A DNA stretch of 32,000 nucleotides from Fastidiosibacter lacustris (lineage in GTDB: Bacteria; Pseudomonadota; Gammaproteobacteria; Francisellales; Francisellaceae). Within the stretch, counting starts at the first letter, position 1; the number at the start of each line of letters is the position of its first letter. A model generated the notes under the pieces. That model was given only the letters and a program-made list of their open reading frames with translations. It made no database searches and was not told where the DNA came from. The DNA lies in assembly GCF_003428155.1 (NCBI RefSeq), contig NZ_QLIR01000004.1:1-32000 (forward strand), read 5' to 3'. Below, in pieces: positions 9,733 through 20,728 of this stretch. The position numbers and the translations under genes are program-made.

Positions 9733-11223
9733 TTACTCACTCCATCTTTTAGCACGTTCAACTGCTTTATGCCAATCATATAAATAGTGACTACGCTTTT
9801 GTTCATCTAGCTTATTGTTAAACTCCTGATCAACTGACCATAAGCTTTTAAGCTCATCAATCCCTGACCAATAACCAACAGCAAGTCCAGCCAGATAGGC
9901 TACACCTAACGCTGTTGTTTCCAGTACTTTTGGTCGGATCACTTTAGCATTCATCATATCTGCTTGAAATTGCATTAAGAAACTATTCGCTACTGCACCA
10001 CCATCAACACGCATTTCAGTAATATTCATTCCTGTATCTGCCATTTTTGCATTAGCAATATCTGTGACTTGATAAACAATGCTCTCTAACGCTGCTCTTG
10101 TAATATGTGCTTTTGAACTGCCTCGCGTTAAGCCTAGTATACTGCCACGAGCAAATTGATCCCAATGTGGCGCACCTAAGCCCACCATTGCTGGAACAAG
10201 ATATACCCCACCATTATCTTCAACAGATAGTGCTAATTTCTCGCTATCACTGGCGTGTTGCAAAATGCCTAGTTCATCTCTTAACCACTGAATGACTGCA
10301 CCTCCCATAAACACACTACCCTCTAAGGCATAAGTTGTCTGTCCATTTAGCTGCCATGCAATTGTAGTTAGTAAATTGTTATTTGAAATAGCAGGTTTAC
10401 TGCCTGTATTCATCATCATAAAGCAACCTGTGCCATATGTGGTTTTAAGCATTCCTGGATCGGTACACATCTGACCGAAAAGTGCAGCTTGTTGGTCACC
10501 TGCTACCCCTGCAATCGGAATCTTAGTCGCAAAAAGTGTCGTTGCAGTTTGTGAATAAATTTCGCTAGATGATCTTACCTCTGGCAACATACTTCTAGGA
10601 ACATCAAATAAAGCTAATAAATCATCATCCCAGTCATTGCTATGAATGTTATATAACATCGTTCTACTGGCATTAGTGGCATCGGTTGCATGGACCCTTA
10701 AATTGGTAAATTTTGCCATCAGCCAACTATCCACCGTACCAAAGCAAAGCTTGCCTTGCTTGGCTTTCTCGCGCGCACCTTCTACATTATCTAAAATCCA
10801 TTTCACTTTGGATGCGCTAAAATAAGCATCAACAACCAGTCCTGTTTTTTCTTGTATCATTTTTGCAAACCCATCTGTCTTGAGCTTATTACAAAATTCT
10901 GACGTGCGGCGATCTTGCCAGACAATAGCGTTATATATTGGCTTGCCTGTCTCACGTTCCCAAACAACGGTTGTCTCACGCTGATTTGTAATCCCGATTG
11001 CTGCAATATTTTTACCATTTATTCCTGCATTGGCGATTGCTGTTGCAGCTACTGCTGCTTGTGTACTCCAAATCTCCCTTGGATCATGTTCAACCCAGCT
11101 TGGCTTTGGGTAAATCTGTCTAAACTCTTGTTGTGCTATTTCAACAACTTGTCCCATTTGATCGAAAATAATTGCTCTTGAACTAGTTGTTCCTTGATCT
11201 AGAGTTAGAATATATTGTGACAT
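9733..11223 (-). CDS. glpK: Glycerol kinase
   Basis: [67 protein letters not shown]. Confidence 0.97.
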   Translation of the reverse strand: MSQYILTLDQGTTSSRAIIFDQMGQVVEIAQQEFRQIYPKPSWVEHDPREIWSTQAAVAATAIANAGINGKNIAAIGITNQRETTVVWERETGKPIYNAIVWQDRRTSEFCNKLKTDGFAKMIQEKTGLVVDAYFSASKVKWILDNVEGAREKAKQGKLCFGTVDSWLMAKFTNLRVHATDATNASRTMLYNIHSNDWDDDLLALFDVPRSMLPEVRSSSEIYSQTATTLFATKIPIAGVAGDQQAALFGQMCTDPGMLKTTYGTGCFMMMNTGSKPAISNNNLLTTIAWQLNGQTTYALEGSVFMGGAVIQWLRDELGILQHASDSEKLALSVEDNGGVYLVPAMVGLGAPHWDQFARGSILGLTRGSSKAHITRAALESIVYQVTDIANAKMADTGMNITEMRVDGGAVANSFLMQFQADMMNAKVIRPKVLETTALGVAYLAGLAVGYWSGIDELKSLWSVDQEFNNKLDEQKRSHYLYDWHKAVERAKRWSE

Positions 11224-11324
11224 TTCGCCTCCTTAGTGATATACATCCCGACATTATCATATACTTGATAACCATCGTTTTACAAATTTTATTGCTTGAA
11301 ACTGTATGTGCTTGTAGGAGGTAG

Positions 11325-12557
11325 CTATCTCTGTTCTTCTTTAATAAAAAGTAAAATAATCAAAGCTAGAACAATACTGCCAGGCAACATACTAAATGCG
11401 ATTTCATAGCTTTGAATACTATAGTTTGCACCAGAAACACCCGGCTGTGTGTAATCTAAAATCATACCGACCAATCCTTCAAATGTACCACCAAATATTG
11501 GTTCACCTGTGTTGATCAATGCCACTGCGGTTGCCATTACCCATAACGGATTGACCTTACGCCCTACGACAAACACCAACGTAAAAGCACTAGTGACAAC
11601 TCCATACAAAATACAGCACACAATTAGCTGCCATACGCTTAAATGTAAATATAAAATTGCTAACAATGACAACAATCCAAGCACGGTACACCACATCATG
11701 ATTGGTACACAGCGTATTTTAACTGAAAGCTTTCCCATGATTGGCGCACCGATCCCCATACCAATAAAAATACAGGATATAAAATAACTTGCCTGAGTTA
11801 TCGTTAAATCATACTTTTGAACAAAAAAGCTATTCCCCCATAAACTACCAAACGCATCAATCGTCGTAAAAATAAGTCCTGAATATGTCATTAATAATCA
11901 ATTATTATGCGACATGATCACACGTTTAATCATGTGTATAATACTTTTTTGCTCTGCTTTTGACTGAATTTCCTCTTCAACGTTCACAGGTCCCTGCTTA
12001 GAATCATCACGTACAACAAACCAATAGATAATTGCAAATATAACACCAATAATAGCACAACAGTACAACCCTTGTTGCCATCCAACGGCATTAAATAACG
12101 CAGATAATGGCGCTTGTCCTACTACCGCACCTGTCATTGCCGCCGTTAATAACAAACTACTGGCAACTGAAAACCCTTTTTCATCAAACCATGTAGCCGC
12201 AGCTTTCATGTAACTTACTGTAGCAAACGCGACTCCAATTCCCATCATCGTACGTCCTATAAAGGCAAAAACGATGTGAGTTGAGGCTGCAAACAATAAA
12301 ATACCAAATGCACTTACGAGCAATGACACAGTACTAATGCTTCTACAGCCAAAGCGATCTAATAACAAACCTGCAAAAGGTTGTACCAGCAAAACACAAT
12401 ACAAAAACATGGCTGACAAGAAACCCATTTGCGCCGAGTTAAGGTCAAAATGAATTTTAATGTCACCTGCAATCAAGCTCGGAAAGACTAAAGCAATGTA
12501 CTTATAGAACAACAAAAATGAACTCAAAACAATAACAATCCACGCATATCCTTTCAT
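11325..12557 (-). pseudogene. MFS transporter interrupted by a single in-frame TGA (two ORFs 12557-11898 and 11891-11325)
   Basis: N-terminal half MKGYAWIVIVLSSFLLFYKYIALVFPSLIAGDIKIHFDLNSAQMGFLSAMF...MSHNN, then TGA TTA TTA ATG in the same frame, then TYSGLIFTTIDAFGSLWGNSFF... Summed length of about 410 codons matches one MFS protein. Confidence 0.85.
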
Positions 12558-12895
12558 TTTTTTGACATTTCTGGCTACTAAATATGATTTTAACTGGCAT
12601 CATAGCAGTCATACTTAATGAGTACAGTTTGTTTTTATAATTGTTATTAACTTTTTATGTTTTTACACTACGCTTTTTGGCAAGGCAAACGATAAATGAA
12701 GTGTTTAAATGAAAAAAATAAACTTCTTTCTCTAAAATAAACTCCTTGGTTTAGCATGAGGCGTTGTTTCTTAAACCGAACATATAAGTCACATTTAAAC
12801 GGCTTTAATATGCCAATATGGGCAAAAATCATGCTTGACAATAACAATCATTCGTTCAATAGTTGCATGAAATTAATAATATTTAAGGGTAATTA

Positions 12896-13273
12896 ATGAA
12901 AGAGATAATTCAAACCAATCAAGCGCCACAAGCGATTGGCCCATATGTTCAAGCAGTGAAAATCAAAGATTTTATCTATACATCAGGTCAAATTCCGTTA
13001 AAGGCTAATGGTACATTGGTTGAGGGTGATATAAAAGTACAAACTCAACAGGCGATGCAAAACTTAAAAGCGATACTTGAGGCTTCAGGAAGTAGCATGA
13101 CTAAGATTATTAAGACGACGTGTTTTATCGCTGATATGAATGATTTTGCTGCATTTAACGAAGTGTATGCCACTTTTTTTGCAGGCATAACTCCACCTGC
13201 ACGCTCTTGTGTTGAAGTAGCCAGATTACCGAAAGATGTGTTGATTGAGGTTGAAGCGATCGCAATAAGTTGA
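12896..13273 (+). CDS. ridA: RidA family reactive intermediate/imine deaminase
   Basis: MKEIIQTNQAPQAIGPYVQAVKIKDFIYTSGQIPL...ARSCVEVARLPKDVLIEVEAIA. Confidence 0.95.
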   Translation: MKEIIQTNQAPQAIGPYVQAVKIKDFIYTSGQIPLKANGTLVEGDIKVQTQQAMQNLKAILEASGSSMTKIIKTTCFIADMNDFAAFNEVYATFFAGITPPARSCVEVARLPKDVLIEVEAIAIS

Positions 13274-13451
13274 CAAAAATAAACTTGATTAAAATATAAA
13301 CAAAACTTATAAGAATGGTAAATTTCTCACAAAGATTTAGTTAAAATCCTACAGAAATTCTTTTTGTTTTAAAACATAATGACATCCAAGCAATGGATGG
13401 CTGTCTTAATGGATGAAGAAAGAAAAGGATAGCCCCCCCCGCACGGATGAA

Positions 13452-14570
13452 TTAATTAGGATAAGGATATCCTGAAAAGAAAGCCCGTGATTTTGATTGT
13501 TCACTGATTGCCCAATTGATATGTTCGATGAGTAGTTTGTTTTCAGAATATTTATTTTTTGCGCTAATTAAAATCCTTAAAATTTCTTCGCTAAAAGGGG
13601 CATTACCAAGGGCTGTGTAAATATTTCTAAGCCATGCTTGATAACCAATTCTATGAATAGCAGAACCTTTAGTTTTGTTAAAAAAAGTTGTTTCTGACCA
13701 ATTTGCAAGATCAAGGAGTTTACTATTATCCAGTTGATGTCTAGGTTGAAAGTCTGCTTCGGTTGTTACAGCTGCCTTTTTATTGATTGGGCATACCAGT
13801 TGACAATCATCACAGCCATAAATACGGTTGCCTATGGCTTTGCGAAATTGTATTGGGATTATCCCTTTATTTTCAATTGTTAAATAGGAGATACATTTTT
13901 TTGCATCAATTATCCGTCCATCAATTATGGCATGAGTTGGGCAAGCTTTAATACAAGCTTGGCATTTCCCGCATTGATCATATGCTTTAGGATAAGAAAA
14001 AGAACTAAAATCTAAATTAGAATAGATGCAGCCTAAAAAAAAGAACGAGCCATCTTTCTCATTCAATAGGTTGCTGTTTTTACCAATCCAGCCAAGTCCT
14101 GCCTTTTCAGCTAAAGGTTTTTCCAATACTGGAGCACTATCTGTAAACACGCGAGCATGATGTGAAGGAAACAAATTTGTGATAAACTCACTAAGCTTAT
14201 CGAGTTTTTTACGTAATACTTTATGATAGTCGCGACCATGAGCATAGACAGAGATAGCAGCAACTTCATTGGCAGTTATGAATTTTTGACGAATATTCTT
14301 AAAATGATAAGGGGCTGGCAGATAATTTAAGCGTACGGTAATGACACTCTTGGTGCCTTCAACGAGTTCTTGTGGTGTGTAGCGTTTGCTACCATGCTTT
14401 ACCATATAGTCAAGGTCAGCATGGAAACCTTTTTCAACCCATTCTTGATATTTAGGAATGTAGTCTGATAGATCACAATTTGTAGCACTAATATCAGAAA
14501 AGCCAAGTTCATCAAGTGCGTGGTGCTTAATCTTATTCCACTCTTTCAAGCTTAGTTTTTGTACGTTCAA
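13452..14570 (-). CDS. queG: Epoxyqueuosine reductase
   Basis: GWIGKNSNLLNEKDGSFFFLGCI, CGKCQACIKACPTHAI and YGCDDCQLVCPINK (two 4Fe-4S sites). Confidence 0.95.
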   Translation of the reverse strand: MNVQKLSLKEWNKIKHHALDELGFSDISATNCDLSDYIPKYQEWVEKGFHADLDYMVKHGSKRYTPQELVEGTKSVITVRLNYLPAPYHFKNIRQKFITANEVAAISVYAHGRDYHKVLRKKLDKLSEFITNLFPSHHARVFTDSAPVLEKPLAEKAGLGWIGKNSNLLNEKDGSFFFLGCIYSNLDFSSFSYPKAYDQCGKCQACIKACPTHAIIDGRIIDAKKCISYLTIENKGIIPIQFRKAIGNRIYGCDDCQLVCPINKKAAVTTEADFQPRHQLDNSKLLDLANWSETTFFNKTKGSAIHRIGYQAWLRNIYTALGNAPFSEEILRILISAKNKYSENKLLIEHINWAISEQSKSRAFFSGYPYPN

Positions 14571-14594
14571 TTTTTAGCACTCAAATTTTGCCCG

Positions 14595-16703
14595 CTATGG
14601 CAACGCACGTTCTATTTTAAGACAGATTTTCAAGCGCTTTAAACTACGAATGACGCGCGCAAGATGGACACGATCCGTTATTTCAATAATAGTTTCAACA
14701 ATACCACATTGTTGATCGGATTCTAGGATGTTAAAGTTTAGGATATGTGCATTTTGATGAGCAATATTGGCAGTGACTTTAGCAATAGCGCCATGTACGT
14801 TTTGGATGTTAATAAAAAGTTTGGCAGAAAAATTATGTTTAATTCCCTTCCTCCAATCGGTTTCGATTAACTCATGAGTCTTAGTAGCTTTGTTGAGCTC
14901 GGAACATTTGTTTCTATGTATAGCTAACCCCTTATCCAAAGTAAGTAGACCAGTAATAGGGTCATCTGGAATGGGAGTACAGCAGGTGGCAAGCTGGCAG
15001 ATATTTTTCTCATCAATAAGCATCTTGCACGAGATATCCTTATTAATGCCAATTCCATCGAGGTTAATTTTTTCCTCAATAAGGTCAATAAAGGTATTGG
15101 CAGAGAAATGCACTTGCCCAATAGCAACGTAAAGTTCAGTAGTGCTTGGAAAATTAAATTTGGTCAAAGCTTCTTGCATTAACTCTCCAGAGATACTGTT
15201 TAAGTTAATGTGCCTTTTTAATAAAGCTTGGCTGAGAATTTGTTGACCAATGCGTACAAGTTCATCATGTTCATAGCGTTTGAGTGCATGTTTAATCGCA
15301 TGTTTTGCGCGTGCTGTGGTGATGAAAGTTAGCCATGAGGGATTGGGGTGTGCTGCTGGTGAAGTAATGATTTCCACCGTATCACCATGCGTCAATACAT
15401 AGCTTAAAGGTGTAAGACGGCGATTAACTTTAGCTGCAATGCAATGATTACCAATATCGGTATGAATATGATAAGCAAAGTCGATACAAGTTGCGTTTAT
15501 TGGCAGTTCTATGATTTCACCATTTGGCGTAAAAACATATACTTCGTCAGGAAATAAATCAAGTTTAACACTTTCAATAAAATCAGTTGATTTAGTGACA
15601 TGTTGTTGAAGATCAGAAAGCTTATCTAGCCATTTTTGAGCGCTATCATGACTTAATGATTTTGCTTTATAAATCCAATGCGCAGCAACCCCTTTTTCAG
15701 CTGTATCGTCCATTATTTTGGTTTTGATTTGCACCTCAATCGGTACCCCATAAGGTCCAAATACAGTAGTGTGAAGCGATTGGTAACCATTAGCTTTTGG
15801 GGTAGCAATGTAATCTTTAAAGCGTCCAGGAATAGGACGAAAGATTTCATGGATGGCACCAAGGATCGAATAACATTCGCGGCGACTAGGTGCAATAACT
15901 TTATAGGCATAGATGTCCATAATTTCTGAGAAAGACATTTCACGATCACGCATTTTTCGATAAATGCTGTATAAGCGTTTTTTGCGTCCATTTACTAAGT
16001 TTTCATTTTCAATTAAGCCTACTAAGTGGTGTTGAAGTCGTTCTAGGATTTTACGAAACAAGCGGTCACGATGCTTTTGTGCTTGGAGTACTTTTGCTTT
16101 TAGTGTTTTATAGCGATAGGGGTAGGTGGCTTCAAATGCAAGTTCTTCAAAACTGTTTTTGAAGTGATGCATACCAAGTCTATGTGCGATAGGAGCGTAT
16201 ATCTCTAGAGTTTCTAAAGCAATGCGTCGGCGTTTGTCAGGTCTAAGTGGCGCAAGAGTGGTCATATTATGTAAGCGATCAGCAAGCTTGATTAAGATAA
16301 CACGAATATCTTTTACCATTGCCAATATCATCTTGCGGAAATTCTCAGCTTGCTGCTCAGCTTTAGAGGTAAATTCAATTTTGCTTAATTTAGTAACGCC
16401 TTCAATAAGCTGTGCGGTCTTATCACCATAGCGTATGGCAATATCTTTTGCCTGAATTTCAGTATCTTCAATTACATCGTGTAGAAGAGAGGCGATGATG
16501 GTTTCACAATCAAGGCGCATTCCAGCAAGCACACATGCAACTGCCAACGGATGGGTAAAATAAGGTTCGCCAGAGTTTCTAACCTGTGATTCATGTGCAT
16601 CCGCGCCAAATAAAAAGGCATCAACAACAAGCGCACGCTGTTTTGGTGTTAAATAACTGTGTATGACTTTATTGAGTTTATAAAACAAAAACATGTTACT
16701 CAT
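14595..16703 (-). CDS. spoT: Bifunctional (p)ppGpp synthetase/hydrolase
   Basis: HD domain HPLAVACVLAGMRLDCETIIASLLHDVIEDT, synthetase domain YKTLKAKV...KANGYQSLHTTVFGP, TGS domain DEVYVFTPNGEIIELP, C-terminal ACT-like domain. Confidence 0.95.
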   Translation of the reverse strand: MSNMFLFYKLNKVIHSYLTPKQRALVVDAFLFGADAHESQVRNSGEPYFTHPLAVACVLAGMRLDCETIIASLLHDVIEDTEIQAKDIAIRYGDKTAQLIEGVTKLSKIEFTSKAEQQAENFRKMILAMVKDIRVILIKLADRLHNMTTLAPLRPDKRRRIALETLEIYAPIAHRLGMHHFKNSFEELAFEATYPYRYKTLKAKVLQAQKHRDRLFRKILERLQHHLVGLIENENLVNGRKKRLYSIYRKMRDREMSFSEIMDIYAYKVIAPSRRECYSILGAIHEIFRPIPGRFKDYIATPKANGYQSLHTTVFGPYGVPIEVQIKTKIMDDTAEKGVAAHWIYKAKSLSHDSAQKWLDKLSDLQQHVTKSTDFIESVKLDLFPDEVYVFTPNGEIIELPINATCIDFAYHIHTDIGNHCIAAKVNRRLTPLSYVLTHGDTVEIITSPAAHPNPSWLTFITTARAKHAIKHALKRYEHDELVRIGQQILSQALLKRHINLNSISGELMQEALTKFNFPSTTELYVAIGQVHFSANTFIDLIEEKINLDGIGINKDISCKMLIDEKNICQLATCCTPIPDDPITGLLTLDKGLAIHRNKCSELNKATKTHELIETDWRKGIKHNFSAKLFINIQNVHGAIAKVTANIAHQNAHILNFNILESDQQCGIVETIIEITDRVHLARVIRSLKRLKICLKIERALP

Positions 16704-16998
16704 CGTGCAGCTGTTTTTAATATGTTCAGTATATCGGTAATTTAAAGAAAGCCCTACACTTGCCTTTGCAAATTCGAGGGAATTTGATTTTATAGCATAA
16801 AAAACCTGGTAAAATTTATCAATTTGTATAGAATTACTCAGTTTTCAATGCAGATAACTATTTTAAGTCTATACTCACTAGCAAAGATTAAAGTGTTTTT
16901 ATATTTTGGGGTTAATGCAATGGTTTTTGCACAAAGGTGAGATGTGGGGTTAATCAGCTTTGGAAGATAAAGCTACACAATTAAGGAGTAACTAACAA

Positions 16999-17187
16999 AT
17001 GTTAATTTTAACAAGAAAAATAGGCGAGACGGTCATGATTGGGGACGAGGTGACGGTGACTGTTCTTGGTATAAAAGGCAATCAGGTTCGTTTGGGCATC
17101 AATGCACCTAAAGATGTCTCTGTTCATAGAGAAGAAATTTTTGTTCGTATAAAAGGAGAACATTCTTTTGGAGACTCAGAAAACTGA
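16999..17187 (+). CDS. csrA: Carbon storage regulator CsrA
   Basis: [48 protein letters not shown]. Confidence 0.98.
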   Translation: MLILTRKIGETVMIGDEVTVTVLGIKGNQVRLGINAPKDVSVHREEIFVRIKGEHSFGDSEN

Positions 17188-17221
17188 GTTTTAGCTTATG
17201 AAAAATATCTAAATTAAGCGC

Positions 17222-17250
17222 TTGACATCAAAGGGTCAAGCCGCTAAATT
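17222..17250 (+). promoter_or_regulatory. Sigma70-type promoter for tRNA-Ser
   Basis: TTGACA (17222-17227), 17-nt spacer, TAAATT (17245-17250), 13 nt before the tRNA start. Confidence 0.6.
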
Positions 17251-17263
17251 GTTGCAGTACCGC

Positions 17264-17357
17264 GGAGAGATGGCCGAGAGGCTGAAGGCGCTCCCCTGCT
17301 AAGGGAGTATGGGGACCAAAAACTCCATCGGGGGTTCGAATCCCCCTCTCTCCGCCA
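17264..17357 (+). tRNA. tRNA-Ser (anticodon GCT)
   Basis: GGAGAGA acceptor pairs with TCTCTCC plus G and encoded CCA; anticodon loop ctGCTaa; long variable arm; GGTTCGAATCC T arm. Confidence 0.95.
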
Positions 17358-17479
17358 TATTAAATTTTTTAAATATCTTTCAATTCCTTTCCTTTTAAAT
17401 TAAAGCGATACAGTAACAAAATAACAGAAAAATTCAAATCCCTATACCGTTAAAATACCGTAGAATGTTTTATGCCCTA

Positions 17480-17770
17480 TTACACACTATAGAACACTAA
17501 ATGACCCTTGGCTTTCAGAGTATGTATACCTTTCCAGTTGAAAGTTCATGTTTTCATGGCACCAAACAGTGTTTCAATCTCCAAACGTCTGCGGTATTGA
17601 TTAATTGGTGCTTTGCTAGAGCTGTTAGAAACTAATGATAAGTAACCTCTCCAGGGGCTAATTTACGTGCACAAACATGTGCCTTACAGTCAGGATAAAT
17701 AATCCTAAAACAATGTACGATGGGCATTCTAAAGTGTGACAAATATCGCTAAAACATTGTTTCAGTAGCT
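17480..17770 (-). pseudogene. Decayed IS4-type transposase C-terminal remnant
   Basis: Reverse translation gives ..CARKLAPGE / frameshift / GYLSLVSNSSSKAPINQYRRRLEIETLFGAMKT*TFNWKGIHTLKAKGHLVFYSV*, resembling the IS4 YRxRWxIExLF..LK..GFN motif, with a stop and a frameshift. Confidence 0.7.
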
Positions 17771-17972
17771 CTTAAAGTTCCTTTGTGTATTTCATGTTCA
17801 TTTTCATTTAAGTTTTAGCGAAACAAAAATGATATGAACGTGCCTTAAAATAAAGACTTTTAGCAACTATTGTCTTGTAGTGTAAATAAAAACGTACCAG
17901 TATTTGTTCTTTCCTCTTAAATACGGTATATTGCCACACAGTAAATAAGTTGATATTTAAGTCTAAAAAATC

Positions 17973-19424
17973 ATGGTTCCTGTTATTGCAATTGTTGGAC
18001 GCCCAAACGTCGGGAAGTCTACACTTTTTAACGCCTTAACGCACACTCGCGATGCCCTTGTTTATGACATGCCAGGGGTAACTCGTGACCGCCAATATGG
18101 TCAAGCAGTGTTTGATGATCATCCTTATATTGTAATCGACACAGGTGGTCTTTCGGATAATGATAGTGGCGTTGATGGCTCTATGGCTGAACAATCTATA
18201 CGAGCAATAGAAGAAGCCGATCTTGTGTATTTTATTGTGGATGCGCAAGCAGGTTTAACAGCAGGTGACTTATATATCGCTAAACTGTTGCGTACGCGTG
18301 GAAAACCAAGTGTGTTGGTAGTTAACAAAACAGATGGTTTGCAAGAAGAGGTTGCAGCAAGCGAGTTTTACAGTCTTGGCTTTGAGCAACTTTTTACAAT
18401 TGCCGCAAGTCATCGCCGAGGAGTCTCTCAACTTCTCACCGAAACACTGCTACCACTATGCCAAACTACTTTAAACGACTCAACCCATGCCGAAGGTGAA
18501 GCCAACAAGCGTGGCATCCGTTTTGCTTTGATTGGACGCCCAAACGTTGGCAAATCTACTCTAACAAATAGAATGTTAGGCGAGGATCGAGTAATTGTTT
18601 ATGACATGCCAGGAACCACTATCGATAGTGTTTACATCCCTTTCTCTCGTCATGACGAAGACTATACCATTATTGACACAGCGGGTATTCGTCGCAAGGG
18701 AAGAGTACATAAAACGTTAGAGAAATTCTCCGTAGTCAAAACCTTACAAGCAATTAAAGATTCAAACGTTATTATTCTTCTTATTGATGCCAAAGAAGGA
18801 TTAACTGATCAGGACATGCACTTGATGGGTTTTACATTAAATGCTGGAAGAGCTATGGTCATTGCAGTCAATAAATGGGACGGGATGAGTCAAATCGAGA
18901 AGGATAGTCTCAAAGAAGAAATCAATCGTCGTTTGATTTTTCTCAAAGACTATGTAGATATTCATTTCATTTCTGCTTTGCATGGGACAAACGTTGGACA
19001 TTTATTTACTTCTCTTAAAAATGCTTATAAAAGTGCTACCAAGAAAATCTCCACACCAGAGCTAACCCAAGTACTTAAGCTTGCCACTCAAGATCATGTG
19101 CCACCAATATCAGGGAAGTCTCGCATTAAACTCAAATATGCACACATGGGTGGGCACAACCCCCCGGTTATTGTTATTCATGGGAATCAAGTTGATCATC
19201 TACCCAATTCATACAAACGTTATTTAGAAAAGTTTTTCCGCGAGGCATGTTCACTTGTTGGCACACCAATTACATTTGAGTTTAAGCAGTCTGAAAATCC
19301 TTTTGAACCGACTAAGCACATAAAATTAACACCACTTCAGCGCTATAAAGAAAAGCAAAGCTATAAAAAGAAAGCACAAGGAAAGCGTGCTAACAAAACC
19401 AGTAAAACTCAACCAAGAAAGTAA
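17973..19424 (+). CDS. der: Ribosome-associated GTPase Der (EngA)
   Basis: Two G domains: IVGRPNVGKSTLFNAL...DMPGVTRDR and LIGRPNVGKSTLTNRML...DMPGTT; KH-like C-terminus. Confidence 0.97.
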   Translation: MVPVIAIVGRPNVGKSTLFNALTHTRDALVYDMPGVTRDRQYGQAVFDDHPYIVIDTGGLSDNDSGVDGSMAEQSIRAIEEADLVYFIVDAQAGLTAGDLYIAKLLRTRGKPSVLVVNKTDGLQEEVAASEFYSLGFEQLFTIAASHRRGVSQLLTETLLPLCQTTLNDSTHAEGEANKRGIRFALIGRPNVGKSTLTNRMLGEDRVIVYDMPGTTIDSVYIPFSRHDEDYTIIDTAGIRRKGRVHKTLEKFSVVKTLQAIKDSNVIILLIDAKEGLTDQDMHLMGFTLNAGRAMVIAVNKWDGMSQIEKDSLKEEINRRLIFLKDYVDIHFISALHGTNVGHLFTSLKNAYKSATKKISTPELTQVLKLATQDHVPPISGKSRIKLKYAHMGGHNPPVIVIHGNQVDHLPNSYKRYLEKFFREACSLVGTPITFEFKQSENPFEPTKHIKLTPLQRYKEKQSYKKKAQGKRANKTSKTQPRK

Positions 19425-19429
19425 GATTC

Positions 19430-20716
19430 ATGCAACTAAAAGTTAGTAAAAGGCATAATTTAAATAATGATGTGACCATTCAGTTAAATGGTGCTAAAAA
19501 TGCTTTACTGCATCTATTGTTTGCAAGCCTTTTGCCAAATGCTAAAACAGTTTTTAATAATGTCCCAACCAGTCTAAATGACTATCTTGCAGTTTGTGAT
19601 ATTTTAAAGGTTATTGGTGCTAAAGTTTACGAACAAAGTAATACTTCAGTGGAAATTACTCCACCAGAAAAGCTCAGTGAAATTAAGGTTTCTACGGATT
19701 ACACCAGACGTACTAGAACTTCACTGATGTTGTTAGGTGCTCTTGCCAAAAAAGTAAGTAAGCTCATTATCGGTTACCCTGGTGGATGCTCATTTAGCGA
19801 TCAGCGTCCATTTGACATTCACTTACAAGGTTTTGAAGCATTAGGTGCAAAAGTCTATCATGACGAGTACCATATTGCGATTGAGTATGACACAGACAAA
19901 AACACTGAATATAAACTTCGTTACCCATCAGTTGGAGCAAGCATAAACCTTATGTTATATGCAGCAATAGGGAGTGCTGAAGTTATTTTACACAATATTG
20001 CTTTAGAGCCAGAAGTCATTGAAGTAGCAAGTTTTATAAACCAATGTGGTGGCTGGGTTAGAATTGATCACAATACAAGATCAATGCATATCAAGGGCGT
20101 TGTAGAATTAATTGGTGTTAATTTTCGCATTATGTATGATCGCATCCAAACCATGACCTATGCAGCTTTGGCTTATTTACATGAGGTTGACGTTTGTATT
20201 GAAGGCATTGATACCAAAGAATATATTGATAAGCCACTTAGAATCTTAAATGAAATGGGAGCGCATTGGCGTTTTGACCCTGCCAAACAACAGATTTACT
20301 TTTGTGGGAAAATTAGTAAACTCAAGCCTATTAAAGTTACTGCCATGCCTTATCCTGAATTCCCAACAGATATGCAGCCAATCTTCTCAGTCATGTGCAT
20401 TAAAGCCAATGGCCCATCCGAAATCACTGATACTGTATATCCGGAGCGCGTTAAGTACGTACAAGAATTAGAGCGACTTGGTTTTCCCATTAGCTGTTAC
20501 AACAACACTATTCAAATTAATCCCAACAAAAGCTATCGATTGCATGCTACAACCATGAAGAGTTATGATCTTAGAGCTGGTATGGCAGTGATCATGGCTG
20601 CATCTCTTCTAGATCAAGTGTGTACTATTACGTCAGCCCAACAAGTTTTCAGGGGATATCAAAACTTATTGGAAAACATGACCAACTTCATGCACATTAG
20701 CATCGATGATAACTAA
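19430..20716 (+). CDS. murA: UDP-N-acetylglucosamine 1-carboxyvinyltransferase (divergent MurA)
   Basis: LNGAKNALLHLLFASLL, YPGGCSFSDQRPFDIHLQGFEALGA (catalytic Cys kept), PYPEFPTDMQPIFSV, DLRAGMAVIMAASLL. Confidence 0.85.
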   Translation: MQLKVSKRHNLNNDVTIQLNGAKNALLHLLFASLLPNAKTVFNNVPTSLNDYLAVCDILKVIGAKVYEQSNTSVEITPPEKLSEIKVSTDYTRRTRTSLMLLGALAKKVSKLIIGYPGGCSFSDQRPFDIHLQGFEALGAKVYHDEYHIAIEYDTDKNTEYKLRYPSVGASINLMLYAAIGSAEVILHNIALEPEVIEVASFINQCGGWVRIDHNTRSMHIKGVVELIGVNFRIMYDRIQTMTYAALAYLHEVDVCIEGIDTKEYIDKPLRILNEMGAHWRFDPAKQQIYFCGKISKLKPIKVTAMPYPEFPTDMQPIFSVMCIKANGPSEITDTVYPERVKYVQELERLGFPISCYNNTIQINPNKSYRLHATTMKSYDLRAGMAVIMAASLLDQVCTITSAQQVFRGYQNLLENMTNFMHISIDDN

Positions 20717-20728
20717 GCTAAGGACATC

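Noticed and set aside
13433-13440. C8 homopolymer in a low-GC genome just beyond the queG stop codon
   Set aside because: Looks like a possible phase-variation tract, but it lies outside any supported reading frame (queG stops at 13452) with no obvious promoter or target gene.
9426-16431. Short plus-strand ORFs inside DyP peroxidase, glpK, MFS, queG and spoT (9426, 10107, 10915, 11509, 15678, 16222 and similar)
   Set aside because: All are inside convincing genes on the other strand, with no RBS/domain support.
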